NCBI GenBank assembly: GCA_009602725.1
Contig: WELB01000015.1
Span: 630,391 to 694,390 of the forward strand
DNA length: 64,000 nt
Reading direction: 5' to 3'
Source: Spirogloea muscicola
Lineage: Eukaryota
Shown here: piece by piece, positions 12,291 to 24,165 of the stretch
Position numbering within the stretch: the stretch's first letter is position 1
Layout of the letters: each line of letters opens with the position of its first letter
The notes under the pieces: model-generated
The model's database searches: none
What the model saw: the letters and a program-made list of their open reading frames with translations, nothing else
Told to the model about the DNA's origin: nothing
Translations under genes and position numbers: made by a program

Positions 12291-12531
12291 AGTACAAAGG
12301 CTGAGCACAATTGAAGACGTACACTGCCCACTGCAAGCCGACTCGCCCCGCGACAATGGGTCAGCACATAATGGTCACAAAACGATGCCTGAAACGGGAA
12401 GGCAAAGTCAAAGCCCTTCTCAAAAGTCTCTCATATTGGGCTTATCTCGAGAATTTCTGACCAGTTTCACCGGCCAAAGCCTTGAGCGGCCTGAAAGGCT
12501 GTCCGGCTGCGACTTGCATATCTGGGAAAGA

Positions 12532-12635
12532 GAGAGAGAAGGCGCGCGGGGCGCATGAATTGAAAGGGAGGCCAATTCAAGCCAATACATTGTTCAGGCA
12601 GAGTCGAGTGCAGACTAAACAATGCTACATAATAC
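12532..12635 (-). mobile_element. 5'-truncated CRE-like subfamily C copy
   Basis: Nearly identical to 9375-9477. TSD GGAAAGA at 12525-12531 and 12636-12642. Splits the left arm of the hairpin. Confidence 0.8.
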
Positions 12636-13582
12636 GGAAAGATGAAGGCCGAGCCCAAGCGCTGCCCTGCTCCCGGCTGACCTGCCGTGTGCCGGTCGAC
12701 ATCGTCGAACCGGGAGACCCCTGAGATTGTGACTACCGAGCCACTTCCGAGAAGGGCGTCGTGGCCAGGTTATCGACTTTCCTTCGTTGTGGAGGGGGTG
12801 TGCCTAAGAAATAGTCGGGCCTTGCCCGGGAACACCTATCGCCATCTCATCTGCGAAGCGGAGGTCCGTTCACGGAAGCAGGCTCGATGCTAGTGCGGCG
12901 GGGCAGGACCCGGCTGCAGACCCCCACAGTCGCATGGTGGTGAGGTGCAACTTCAAAGATGTCACAGTATGCGAGGTTGTTTATCTGGCCACGACGCCCT
13001 TTCCGGAAGTCGCTTGGTAGTCGGAGCTGCAGGGAGCCCCACGCAGTTTGACGGTGTCGCACCGCCCATGGCAGGTCAGGCGGGAGCGGGACCAGCGCTT
13101 CGGCCCGGCATTCTTTGCACCAGACGTGCAAGTCGCGGCCGGAAACCTTCTCGGGCCGCTCGATGCTTCAGTACGTGAAGCTGGGGAGATTCCTCATGCC
13201 ACATAACGGCATACCCAGCACAAATTTGCCGGCGCCCTCAGTTTCGCAGGAGGCAGTCCGCGGCGCCTCCTTACTCTCTTTACTGAGGCTCTGTAATGAA
13301 GGCTCGATCACGGATTTCCCTTCCCCTGCTGCAGACGAGCTGTAGCGTTCCCACCGTTTGTGAGCGCCAATTATTGTGGTTAACGCTTCCCTGGTGTCCG
13401 GGTAGGTGCAGCAAGCATCTCCTGAAGTCAACCAAAACCATGAGGCCGTCAGCCTCGTATCGTGCTGTTAAGGGTCAAGTGCCGGCCCGGCACCAGTGCT
13501 GCCCCGTTTTGTCGGGGCTCGTCGGAGGCTCCGGCGGCCTGCCATGCTTGTGCATGCCCGTCCCGTACGACGGCGTATCAAG

Positions 13583-13783
13583 AAGAAAGTGCTCGCCCAT
13601 TGAGAATAGGGGCTGGAACAACCAGCCCGATAAAGAATGAACAGAGTACGAGAAGGGGGCCAGGGGAAGCGCTAAGTAACAGAAACAAAGCTGCTACGAG
13701 ACACTCAGTAACCCCTGCTAAGCAGCCGCAGATCAGAGATGCTGGGCTCCTGGAAGTGGGTCCCCTGGCCAGAGCCAGAGGCA
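13583..13783 (-). mobile_element. 5'-truncated CRE-like subfamily A copy
   Basis: Near-identical to about 71-271. 10-bp TSD GCGTATCAAG at 13573-13582 and 13784-13793. Confidence 0.9.
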
Positions 13784-14773
13784 GCGTATCAAGCTCGGCT
13801 ATGCCCGCCCTCGAGTGGTGCAGGCCATGATCGTGCATGCTCATGGCTTGCGCATGTTAAGAGCCCGTGGCTACTGGCGAAGAGAGTATTGAGAAAGTAT
13901 TTTCGTCGCTAGCTCGCACGGTCTGGGTCCAAAAGCTGTGTGGAGCTGCGCGGGACCACCTCAAAGCGCGCTGTGAAGCTCATCACACACGGGAGTCGGG
14001 CTTGAAAGCCGGGGAGAACGGTGGTGCCGGCGTGGTCTTCTTTCACGCGGCGTCCACGGGCACCCACTAGGTGGCCACGCGCCCCCATTCGTGGCCACGG
14101 TCGAGAGATGCTGGAGAGCTACGAAGCCATCGCACTCTTGAACACCACCGCACCCCACCTAGTCCAGCGTGCCACCCTCTAGTCGCGGCCGCAGCCTGCC
14201 GACGCGGCCGTCGTTGATTGCCACCGCTGCTGTCGCCACTGCAGGCGCTGCTGCCGCTGAAGCTGTCTTTGCCGACTCTGGAATCGCCGTCATGGCAGCA
14301 CCGCCCTTGCAATCTCATCAGATCCCTCGTCGGGCTCGTTCTCACAGGAGGGGCCTTGGTGCGACCCCTACATGTCCTGGAGGGAGGGTGGGCACACGAA
14401 GTCTGAAGGTTAAGGGCAGAGACCCGATGCGGTGTCGTGGAAGGGAAGCTCTGAGTGAGGCGCAGCATTGCTGCTGCCGCTGCGCGCCGCCGCAGCCCGT
14501 GCCGGCTCGCTGTGAGGTACCCGGGCTGCGCCTCCGCTGGAAGGACAGCCGCTGGCGATGGCGCCAAGGAGGTGGAGCCGCCGCTGGACGGCAGCACCCC
14601 AGAAGCTGAAATCTCCATGTGCCTGTGCTATGAGCTGTGCTGTGTAGTGTTTTATCCCCTTAACCCACTCTGCTTTGACGTAAGCAGGACACCTTGACCC
14701 CCAAACTGTGTGTTAGGAGAAGGCTGCCCCAGGATTCTACATTGTCACCTACCAAGGTGCCGGCGGAGTTTGA

Positions 14774-14960
14774 GCTAGTCCGGCATCTGTGTGCACGAGC
14801 GTGTCCTAGGCTGGCCTCTTTGTGCAGTTGGGCGGTGTTTGTGCTAGTCTGGCATCCGTGTGCGGCCAGGCGGAGCGTGTGCTAGTGCGGCCTTTGTGTG
14901 TTGTCAGGCGGTGCAGGTTCTAGTCCGGCCTTAGTGTGCTGACTGGCGGAGCTTGTGCCG
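14774..14960. repeat. Degenerate ~37-bp minisatellite, about 5 units
   Basis: Recurring ctagtccggc..tgtgtgc..ggcgg units. Confidence 0.6.
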
Positions 14961-15302
14961 CTCTGGACTGTGTACTGACAGAAACAATGGGACGTTATGA
15001 GTGTCTGTATTGCAGACACGAGGACGGTTTGCTGGTCCTTTGGAGAAGGGGTAACGCCCAATAAGAAACTCTTGATTGGATGAAGTAAGGAGCTGATACG
15101 GCCGTTCAAAAGCAGGAACAGGAGAATGAGCAAGCGAAATATGGAATTCTTATGAATCACGTGGTGTTGCTACAATATATACTTGATGCATTGCCACGGT
15201 CACATGCTCCAGACCAAAATCCTCAGACATAAGTATAGTACAGTTGCCACGTGATTCCCAGCAGCAATGGAAATGCCAATAGAAATTCAGTAACCGTCGA
15301 TT

Positions 15303-15796
15303 AGTATTCATCTCAGACGAGCAATATGAACGTGAAGCACAGTATTGGCATTGCGGGGCTCCAAATCAAGCAAGGCTGTGAACCAAGCGGACATCAGTTC
15401 CCCACGTGCTCCTACTGCCAATTTTAGTCTACGCCTTCGCACATTGTAAGCATGCTACTGGATGTCTAAAGAGAGCAGAGAGCCCAGCCTAGTGCGTTCA
15501 AAGAGCTGCTCCAGCCAACAGGCGGTTCAGCCACAAAAAAAGCCAAAAGAAATCCAACAACTGTCAAGCAGTATTCATCTCAGACGAGCCATATGAACGT
15601 GAAGCACAGTATTTATATTGCGGTACTCCGATACATGCAAGGCTGTGAGCCAAGCGGAAATCATTTCTTCCCCAATTACTCCTACTGCCAATTTTAGTCT
15701 GCGCCTTCGCACATTGTAAGAATGCTATTAGTTGCCTAAGAGTTTTGAAGCGCAGAGAGCCCAACCTAATGCCTTCAATGAGCTGCTCCAGCCAAC
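15303..15796. repeat. ~220-bp direct duplication (15303-15519 / 15570-15796) downstream of the LRR gene
   Basis: Both copies run agtattcatctcagacgagc..atgaacgtgaagcacagtatt ... agctgctccagccaac. Confidence 0.9.
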
Positions 15797-15913
15797 GCGC
15801 AGCTGACCCACTTGTAGATGTGCGAAGTAGGCAATAGCCAGTGGTCGCTCTCGTAGTCATCTGGCCCATCTCACCTCCTTCAGTGTAGCCAATTTGTTGC
15901 AGCATGATCACGA

Positions 15914-18900
15914 CTACGCACAAGTCAGACACCCAGGCTGCAAATTGCAGTGGCCTTGACCGTCACAGTGAGAGCAGCAGGTATTGTTAGTAAAAGGACA
16001 GCCCGATGACCTGCACACACTGTCTACGCCGGTGAAGGAGCTTGTTATACATTGTCCTTTCCTGCAGGCAATCGAGACTTGATTACAAGAAGGAAACTGG
16101 GAGACAAATGACTGTCTGGCTAGGCAAAGAGAGAACTGGTGCGTGTTTGGCGCAGCTGAAGACTAAGGATGCCTTTGGACTCTGCAACAATTTGTTGCTG
16201 CTCGTGAGGAAGTTTGCATAAGCACATGCGCGTAAGCTTTTCGGATGATGCAGACATAGTCTGTGCATCCGCAGGCGAACAAATGTAAGCATCAAGGTCT
16301 CTACTCCTAAGCCCTTGATGTTCTTGAGACTCACCAACAGTTAGAATTGGCGCAATTCAAGGTGTAGTTGACATTGTAGCAGGATTGGCCACTGAAGGCC
16401 ACTACATCACATTTACTTTCGTCGCTGCAGACAGTGCACATAATATATCAATGCCACTCTTCTTTAACATGGATTGGTGCAAGGGCGTCCTTGTCAAGTA
16501 TCGCATATCTCTTACTACTGCAATCAGAAAATGTAAATCTGCACTGCTAGGAGTGAAGCTCTGGACGAGCCCTGTACATCCCAAGCTGTAAGTTGGCAGC
16601 AGAACATTTCAGACACTCATGGGGTTGGGAGTTACTTGCACATTCCACCCATGCATGTATATGCAGGATCCATGTCCAACCCCAAGTTCTGGCAGGAATA
16701 ATAATTGTACGGACCGGCGCAAGCTGCACACTCACAGGTCAAAGAGGTGCTTGCTACAAACAATGGTAGATGTAGAATTTAGAATAGTATGCTGTGTATT
16801 GAGAGGTCTTCAGGGAGAGGCAGAGGCACTGACACAGGGGAGAGAGAGAGAGAGAGAGGAGGAGAAGGGTAGAGGGAGAGAGGGAAAGAGACTAGGGGAG
16901 GGGGCGCAGAGAGAGGGGGGGTGGGGGGGAGGGTGGGTTGGGGGGGTAAAGGGGGTGGTAAGCTGAGAGGGCAGGGGTAGGTGTGAGTGGGGGTAGAGAG
17001 GGGAGAGGAGAAGTATCCTGTGAGCACTCACGTGGCTTGGTGTTGTGTGCTTTGCATACTGAAGCTGGCCTTTGCCATTTTGCATATGGTCCTTTGAAGC
17101 AATTGTTTGATGTAAAAACCCGTGTATAATTTGGCACTGCGGTAGGGCTGGGCGGTGAGCCATACAGTGGGCCGACCATGTAATTATATGTGACATCTAT
17201 CCAGGTCAAGTTGGGATGCACGTACGGTGCAAGTAGCGTTCTGGGAAATCCTCCTTGGAGATTGTTGTGAGAGACGTCACTGTCACATTTGAATCATCGT
17301 CAGCCGTGTCTAAGCATCAGAATGATGGAAACGGTCAGCATGTTGCGACCAGCGAGACAATGAGTTAGCTGCTGACGATGTTTCATCACAAAGGGTGTTG
17401 TATTTCTGTTGGAGATGTTAGTATGCAGATATCGGCGTACAATTTGCGCAGGTCTCGCAAAAATCCAAAGTGCATATATAACGTCCCATAGAGATTGTTT
17501 CCAGCCAAATTTCTGCACCACATCGGCAGCAGTCATATCATGATAATGTGAGAAAGCCTTGACTCTGACAAGACCTCTGCTTGTCACACTGTTCTGCTTT
17601 TGTTGTCCCCATGTCGTCTCCTCAGACCTCATTCACTGTGTGCTGCTCATATGCCACAAAGGAGAACAAACTACCATGCAAGACTCATATTTATTCATGT
17701 GAACATTAGTGACATCTAAATTAATGCACGCGTGCAATGTACACTCTTTCCAGCAAAGTCTACTATTAACAATGCTTAGCGGGCTTGGGCCATGGAGCAT
17801 ACATGACTTGCAACTTCAAGCAATAAATGATTCCTTCTGGGAAGAAGTTAGGATCAAGGTTGTTGTATGAAAGATCACTGTGGATCAGGTCACACTCTGG
17901 AGGTCAGTGCATGTGATAAGAAACAGTGGGCTCAAACATGAGATGGAAGTAGAACCTACACAACCAGTTGTACTCAGCCAGCCAACTTGTACTTGCTGTT
18001 CGAAAATTTGTGTTAGGTAGAGCTGCAGAGCATACAGGTGCGTGAGATTGGCCAAATCTCCTGAATAGTCGGAGCCCAAGGGGAAGGGGAGATAGCCAGT
18101 CAACTTGTTGTGCGAAATTTGGCTGTCACAGAAGAGGTACAAGTCCCACGTTGTTAGAGAAACGTGATCTTGACTGCCTCAATCATAGGTGTCACTAATC
18201 TCAGCTAGGAGGACCTCACACATCTGAACACATTGTGGTAGCTATAGCCTTCATACTTAATCACGCCAGTAGTTCATTCCTAGAAAGCATTGAGGCGCAT
18301 CCATAGCTGACACCTTCAGCAGTGAAATTGAAACATAGAAACAACAATGACAAACGCACATCAAAAGGTCCCATGATACAGCTCAGAAGAAGCTGCGCAT
18401 GGCCAGCTCCTTACATTTTTTGTATATTTGTTAAGCCACTAAAGTCGTAGGGTATCGTGCCTGTGAAGCCGTTGTAGTCGAGAATGCTGCACAGCTTAAG
18501 CACCCTGCTGATCAAGCTAAAAGCCCTGTGTTTCGTGCAGCCTTGACAGCGACGTGTGAAGCACTGCGGCTGAGAGATTGAAGTCATAACAATGTCATGG
18601 GAGGTGGCAAGAAGCTTACAGAATGACAAGATTGGTGAGCTGACTGATGCTCGTCGGAATGTCACCTGTGAGGTTGTTGCAGCAGAGATGGCTGTAGTGG
18701 CATGCAACCTCAGTCATGTTCAGAGAAAAAAATTCACCTGATATAGATGTTTGACAGTGCAAGTTGTCCTTGACAGTCTATGGAGACGTAGAAGAGCTGC
18801 CCTCTGCTTTGACAGATGGCTCTATACTGCCAGTGAATGGCTGGCATCTCTCGAGAACTACGAGAATGTCAAGGGAGACAGTAGGGAGTACCACAAAGAC

Positions 18901-20351
18901 CTTCTGATGCGGAGCCCTCAAAAGTAATATCCTTAAGGTGTGGACCACAACATACATGTAAGATGGAAGCTTGCTAATACTCACAGCAGCGTAAGCTGCG
19001 ATAGCCGCCCGATTGATGGAGGGATGCTTCCCGTGAGAAAGTTGTGGTCAAGATTGCTGCAGCAGCCCATCATGCTAGATTGTGAGCCTGCTGCATTGTG
19101 GTCTTCAGCAGACACACATCTTGCTGCACCAACAAAAGATATTCAGCTCTAGGATGCGCGATTGAGACACTCACAGGAGTCCAAGGGCTCGACTGAGCTG
19201 CCCTATTGTACCAGGTATCGCGCCCGTGAGCCGATTGCCGTAGAGGTGCCTGGCCAATAGCCACATGTGAGAAGGTGGGACGACATACTCAAGCAAAGAC
19301 TGCAGCCACAGCTGGAGTCGAGTCCTCAGAGTCTGTGCACCACGTTGCCCGTGGTCATCAAGATGGTCAACAAGAGTAACGAGGACTGCTACTCACAAGC
19401 GCGTCAGGCCCGTCAGGTTGCCAATGTATGGCGAAATGGTGCCATTGAGGCCGGCGTTGATGATCACTCTGAGGAGGCAGGCAGGCTTGAGATGGCCATG
19501 TGGCCACAATGGTGGGCTTCAGCAGCTTCAGTCACTGGAAGTGGCTGAGCTGCTCAATTTGGGTCAACAATTGAGCAGCTAGAGAGGGTGAGGACAACAA
19601 CCACTTCTAGGGGAGAAAGAGAGGACAAAATGGCGGCACACATCGACAGCACCGTGTTGACCCTTGGGTCCACACTGCAAGCAAGCCTGCAGGGTCGCCA
19701 AAGACCACGGGCATCCAGCTTCCTCGCAAGTAAAGGCCAGGTGATTTGCAATGGTGTACTCACAAGGAGCTGACCCGACCACTGGCTGGGTCGCACTCAA
19801 TGCCGTACCAGGCGCAGTGGGCGCCCGTGGGGTCGCAGCCGTAGCAAGGGTCGTTGCCAACCCAGCTGGACAGCAGCGGCGGATTTCCAACGGCGGCCTT
19901 GAAAGCCTGCAGGGCGTCCACTGTGGGAGGCGGGCGGCGGGCGGCGGTGTCAGTGTCGGGGCTCTGCGTCAGCGCCGGCGTCGCCGTGGGCCAGCGCCAG
20001 TGGGAGTTCAGCCGTTTGCTGGCCGCGGCAGGCCAAGCAGAGGGCGAAGCTGGGGGGGGGAAGGGGGGGTGGGGAGTCGAAGCGGTGCTCACGGTCAGTC
20101 GGGTTGCCGAGCAGCCCACGACGGGCGGAGAGCGCCGGCGCAGAGCCTCCGAGGCCCTGCAGCGCCGCAGCCGCCGCCGTCGCAGTGGAGGCGTTGAGGG
20201 CTCGGAGGAGGGCATAATATGCGACCAAAGGCACAGGATCGTCAGGAAGCGCCGCACCGTCGACGCGGTACCTCACCTCGGCGGGCCTGGCGGCTGCGGC
20301 GCCGGCGGTGGCGGCGAGGAGCGCGAGCGCTGCCGCGAGAAGCGGCGCCAT
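15914..20351 (-). CDS. Secreted plant-type LRR protein: signal peptide, LRRNT cap, ~9 LRRs, Cys-rich C-terminus, no TM or kinase
   Basis: Exons 20351-20277, 20156-20093, 19920-19764, 19468-19397, 19249-19175, 19056-18985, 18691-18620, 18486-18415, 18122-18036, 17877-17803, 17512-17441, 17279-17032, 16723-16636, 16424-16335, 16061-15914. Motifs: ALQAFK..LSSW..DPC..WYGIEC, and 72/75-nt exons such as NLDHNFLTGSIPPSIGRLSQLTLL. All introns GT-AG and in phase. Confidence 0.88.
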
Positions 20352-20479
20352 GGCGGCGGCGGCGGAGGCAGCGGCGGAGGGCGCCTCGGCTGAGGGCGCA
20401 GGGCGGCCAAGGGTGAAGGCGTGTGTGCTCGGAACGGGAGGGAGGCCAGGGGCGAGCGGGCGAAGCGCACTGCTTTCAG

Positions 20480-20900
20480 GCAGAAGGCCACGGGGGACAA
20501 GAGGCTTTTCTTCTTTTGCCCAGAAGAGGCAGTGGCTGTGAAAGGATGATAACTCTTCCACCAGAGGGCGATGGCCGTAGATGGCAAGCCGATGAGGTTG
20601 CACCCACGCATTGCTTCCGATCTGCGCCTGCTAACTCGGGGTGACAGAGTTGCCTCTTGTCATGAGTCTTGTCTTTCGGCACTTATTTCTTTGGCTTTGG
20701 ACATTGTCCATTCTTCTTGGGCTGGCTTTGCCAGCCCCTCTTTCTTTATGGGCGAGCCTTCTTCTATGGGCGAGCTCTTCTGGCCCCCTTCTCGTACTCT
20801 GTTCATTCTTTTTTGGGCTGGCTTTTCCAGCCCCTATTCTCAATGGGCGAGCCCTTTCTTCTTCGTTCCCAACCACTGCCACATCTGGAAGAGGCTTCTT
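20480..20900. mobile_element. Cluster of CRE-like 3' ends
   Basis: SDLRLLTRG at 20616-20642; UTR copies at 20680-20765 and 20781-20863. Confidence 0.7.
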
Positions 20901-22259
20901 CTTTTGATGGGGTGTGGGTGGGGAGGGGGGGAGGCGTCGGCGGGGGGGAGCGGACGCAGGGGCGGCGCTGGCTGCCGGCCGCCGCCGGCCCGCGCCTTCC
21001 GGCCCGCGCACCTCCACAGTAGCGTCTCTTTTCCCACTAATGCTCACATGCTGGCGGATGTCCTACGTGTCCTCTCCGGTGCCGCCACGGTGGCTCAAAG
21101 ACTCGTCCGGCGGGCCTGTGCCGACCTGCCACCGCGCTCGCAAGCGGATCCACGTTGCATTTTGGGAGGCGCGTGTGAACGGTGCAGGCTCCGCCGCCAA
21201 GGGCCGGGGATTGGTGGGCCCCGCTCGGCCACCCACTTGCGGGCCAGCGCCCGCCGGCCGGCTGGCTGTCTGCAGCCATTCCCCGCTTCATAGACGACGT
21301 ATGCACAGTAAATGCCCTGCAATCACTAATTCGGAGAGGACTTAGCTACTTCTATGAAGCTGTTCCACGAACAGGCCTCACGCTCACAGTACTGCCAGCA
21401 CTATTTTGATGTGTTTAAAGTACTTTCAACAAGAGATTTTGCAAGGCTTTGAATCTGTTATTTTGATATTGTTGTCTACTTGTAGTAGTATGTCATTATT
21501 GGTATCAGCTTATGACTTAATTGCTATGTATTTAGCAACGACTGACGCAAAAAACAAGGATCAAGGTCGTGCCCAGAACAATTCTCAATGAGAGTGATAG
21601 TAATTTGTATCCAAGATAGTGCCAGTAGCTCGGATGAAAAGTGTAGTCGAAGTTCGGAACTGGGGGTGGCACTAGCCGGGTAAGAGATCCGCACAGACCT
21701 CCGCCCACTGGGTCCAGCGTCTTACAGGCAAGATGCGAGACTTCAGGAACTGCAATTAATGCAGATCTTGCATACAATCTTCGGTACTACTGAAGTAAAC
21801 ATGCAACAGCTTCCGAACAACTAAGGCAATGCTTAGTAGCTTCACTTCCACAAGGTCACAATCTTTGTGGCTCACCAAGTGTGGCGCGGTCTTTCGTGAC
21901 CGGCGACGGGGTCCACCGGGAGGCTTCCTAGCTGCTCTGCCACCTCTTCCTTCGCACCCCCGCCCTCGTGGGGCGATAGGAGCGACAGTCGCCCGACGGC
22001 AATGCGGCGGCAGCAGCGACGCGTGGGGCAGCTTCTCGCAAGAGTGAAAGCCTGAGCCGAGTGGACTGCCTTGGCGCCGGCCCTCCACACGCTTATGCTC
22101 GGTCAGGAGGAAACACATGTTCAACAAGATGGTCCATTTGGCCCATCGGTTGCCCAGAACTCGAGTGCCAGTGCAGCCCGAGACCGTCACTTTTACCACT
22201 ACCTCCCATTCCCCCCTCACTGCCTAGTCCGTATCCCACGGCTCGTCCCAGATAGTAGG

Positions 22260-22680
22260 AAGAAGAAAAGCGCGCGGTGCGCATGAATGAAGGGAGGCCA
22301 ATCGGAGCCTCACAAAGTCCTGGGACTGGAGCAATTAGGTGTCCAAGGGAGACTCTGGTACCCACGAGTGAGCACAGGTAATCACACCTCTCGACGCGCG
22401 CTTATGGACGTCCTCGGTGTAATATTGGGGCTTCTCTCTGTGTGGTGAGGGTGACAAGATGGCAATGTACGCAGAAGCCAGGATGGAATTGGGCGGCAGA
22501 TTGGGCATGTCCGCCGATGCCAGGTGCGAGGCTCGGGCGGCAGATTGACTTTACGCCGACGCCAGGCGAGATTGGGCGGTAGATTGGGCATCTTCCCTGA
22601 ACGAAGCGGGTTGGAGAAAGGCGCGGTGTGCGCATGAAATGAAAGGGAGGCCAATCCGAGCCTTTGCAAAGTCCAAGTAA
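22260..22680 (-). mobile_element. Two subfamily C CRE-like ends (22260-22380, 22615-22680) flanking a ~41-bp x3 tandem repeat (22477-22590)
   Basis: gcgcgg..gcgcatgaa..gggaggccaat terminal motif; VLTRGY on the - strand; three GGGCGG(C/T)AGATTG units. Confidence 0.65.
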
Positions 22681-22699
22681 ATGGGCAGTACCGTTTGGT

Positions 22700-23262
22700 G
22701 AAATCTTCACCTGACCTCGCCTTCTTCTTCGCACCCCTTGGACTTTACCCCTGCATTTTTCCATTGAATGTTACTGTGACAGCCCCTTCCCACTGTCTGT
22801 CCGACCTTGCTTGCTTGCCGGCAGCCGGGCTTGACGATCTGGTCGCATTTCTTACACTGGTATCAGAAGCGGAAAGCCCTCTCCAGCGCGCTTACGCTGT
22901 GACGCGCCATGGCACGCAAGAAGGTGCTCGGCGGAAGCGGGACGGGGCCGACGCGGCTGCAACCACCCTGCAAGCAAGCGGCCGGGAGACTGCTTACGAC
23001 GCTGCTCAGCGTGCAAGAGCTTCACTTCCTGCATCGTGGGTGACTTTCTCGAGACCTAGCGGCTGCCGATTGTTTGGTGCAGTGAGTCTTCGAGACCAAG
23101 CGGCTGGCGACCGTTGGGTGCTGTGAGTCCTAGGGTCCTCGCGGCCGGCCACCGTTGGGTGCCCAAAGGGGTGAGGTGCAACCGTTGCCGCCAGCAATGC
23201 AGCGATGGCGGGGTCGGCAGAGGTACAGAGGGACCATTGCTGCCGGCCAAGGCGGCAAGGCG
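22700..23262 (+). mobile_element. Fragment of the LTR family: LTR 3' part, PBS and internal region
   Basis: LTR ends in TTACA at 22856. Canonical PBS TGGTATCAGA at 22858-22867. Interior is colinear with 9811-10212. Confidence 0.85.
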
Positions 23263-23529
23263 AGATCAGCGGGTGCCGTAGTCGTTACTGCATCCCGAGG
23301 GCAGCTACTGCCGGGATAACCCTGCATGCACGTATCACCTGCTCTGGGTAGGCTGCTTGCTTGTAAGCAGGGAGTCGAAGCTGGCAGCAATGTCAACAGC
23401 GTCACCGACTCGACTATCTTCACGGGTTGTTGGGCATGGCGGAAGGATGGCGAAGGGGAACTTCTCAGGAAGACCCGACCTGAGCGAAAATCCTATCCAT
23501 CCACAATATTCCGTGGCTCCCTTGTCCGC

Positions 23530-24165
23530 GTGCTGGCCGTGCTCTCGCTGCAGCCTCTGGCTTTCGTCAGGGGGATAGTTTTCCGACAGCTAGTCTACCG
23601 GATTTGAGGCCCCTCACTCGTAGCTACTGAGTGGTCCATCCTCCACCTATTCTGACTTAGTATTTTCAGGCCCCTCCGTCATTGTGGCCCCTTCGACCCT
23701 TTGTCAATTTCTTTTCGGGCTGGCTTTTCACAGCCCTTGCCCCGGTTGGGAGAGCCACTTCTTCTATCTGTAGTCCAAAGGCATGGACTGTAGTGTAGTT
23801 CTTTTTAGGCTCCTCTTTCTTTGGCTTGGGATATTGTCCATTCTTTTTGGGCTGGCTTTGCCAGCCACTCTTCTCTATGGGCGAGCACATCTCTTCTATC
23901 TAGGGAGTCTCACATCGGCCCCAGCAGGACAAGCGGGATGCTACTCCGCGGCTGCTACTGCTTGGAGCTGGTTAGCTAACTCCAGTCAGCCAAGGCCTTC
24001 GCTTCCCTGAGGCTGGTTACTGATGAGTGATACGTAGTTGCTTTGTTTCTTTGTGTGCTTGTTTTACTTAGCGCTTCCCCTGGCCCCCCTTCTCGTACTC
24101 TGTACATCCTTTTTTGGGCTGGCTTTTCCAGCCGCTATCCTCAATGGGCGAGCCCTTTCTTCTCT
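23530..24165 (+). mobile_element. Cluster of CRE-like 3' ends
   Basis: RVLAVLSLQ-like remnant plus UTR copies at 23685-23770, 23810-23900 and 24015-24165. Confidence 0.65.

Larger units (their letters stand above)
12449..14100 (+). ncRNA. Candidate large structured RNA of unknown family, interrupted by two retroinsertions
   Basis: Long imperfect inverted repeat 12449-12830 / 12901-13198 with a strong G-U over A-C bias on the + strand, followed by serial hairpins to about 14100. No convincing ORF. Confidence 0.45.

Noticed and set aside
12449..14100. Telomerase RNA, RNase P/MRP, snRNA or group II intron as the identity of the structured region
   Set aside because: No CTAAACCCT-type template, no CR-I/CR-V motifs, no Sm/USE-TATA arrangement and no domain V that I could see.
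21048..21150. MLADVLRVLSGAATVAQRLV resembles an ABC1/COQ8-like N-terminus
   Set aside because: The resemblance is weak and no downstream kinase exons were found.
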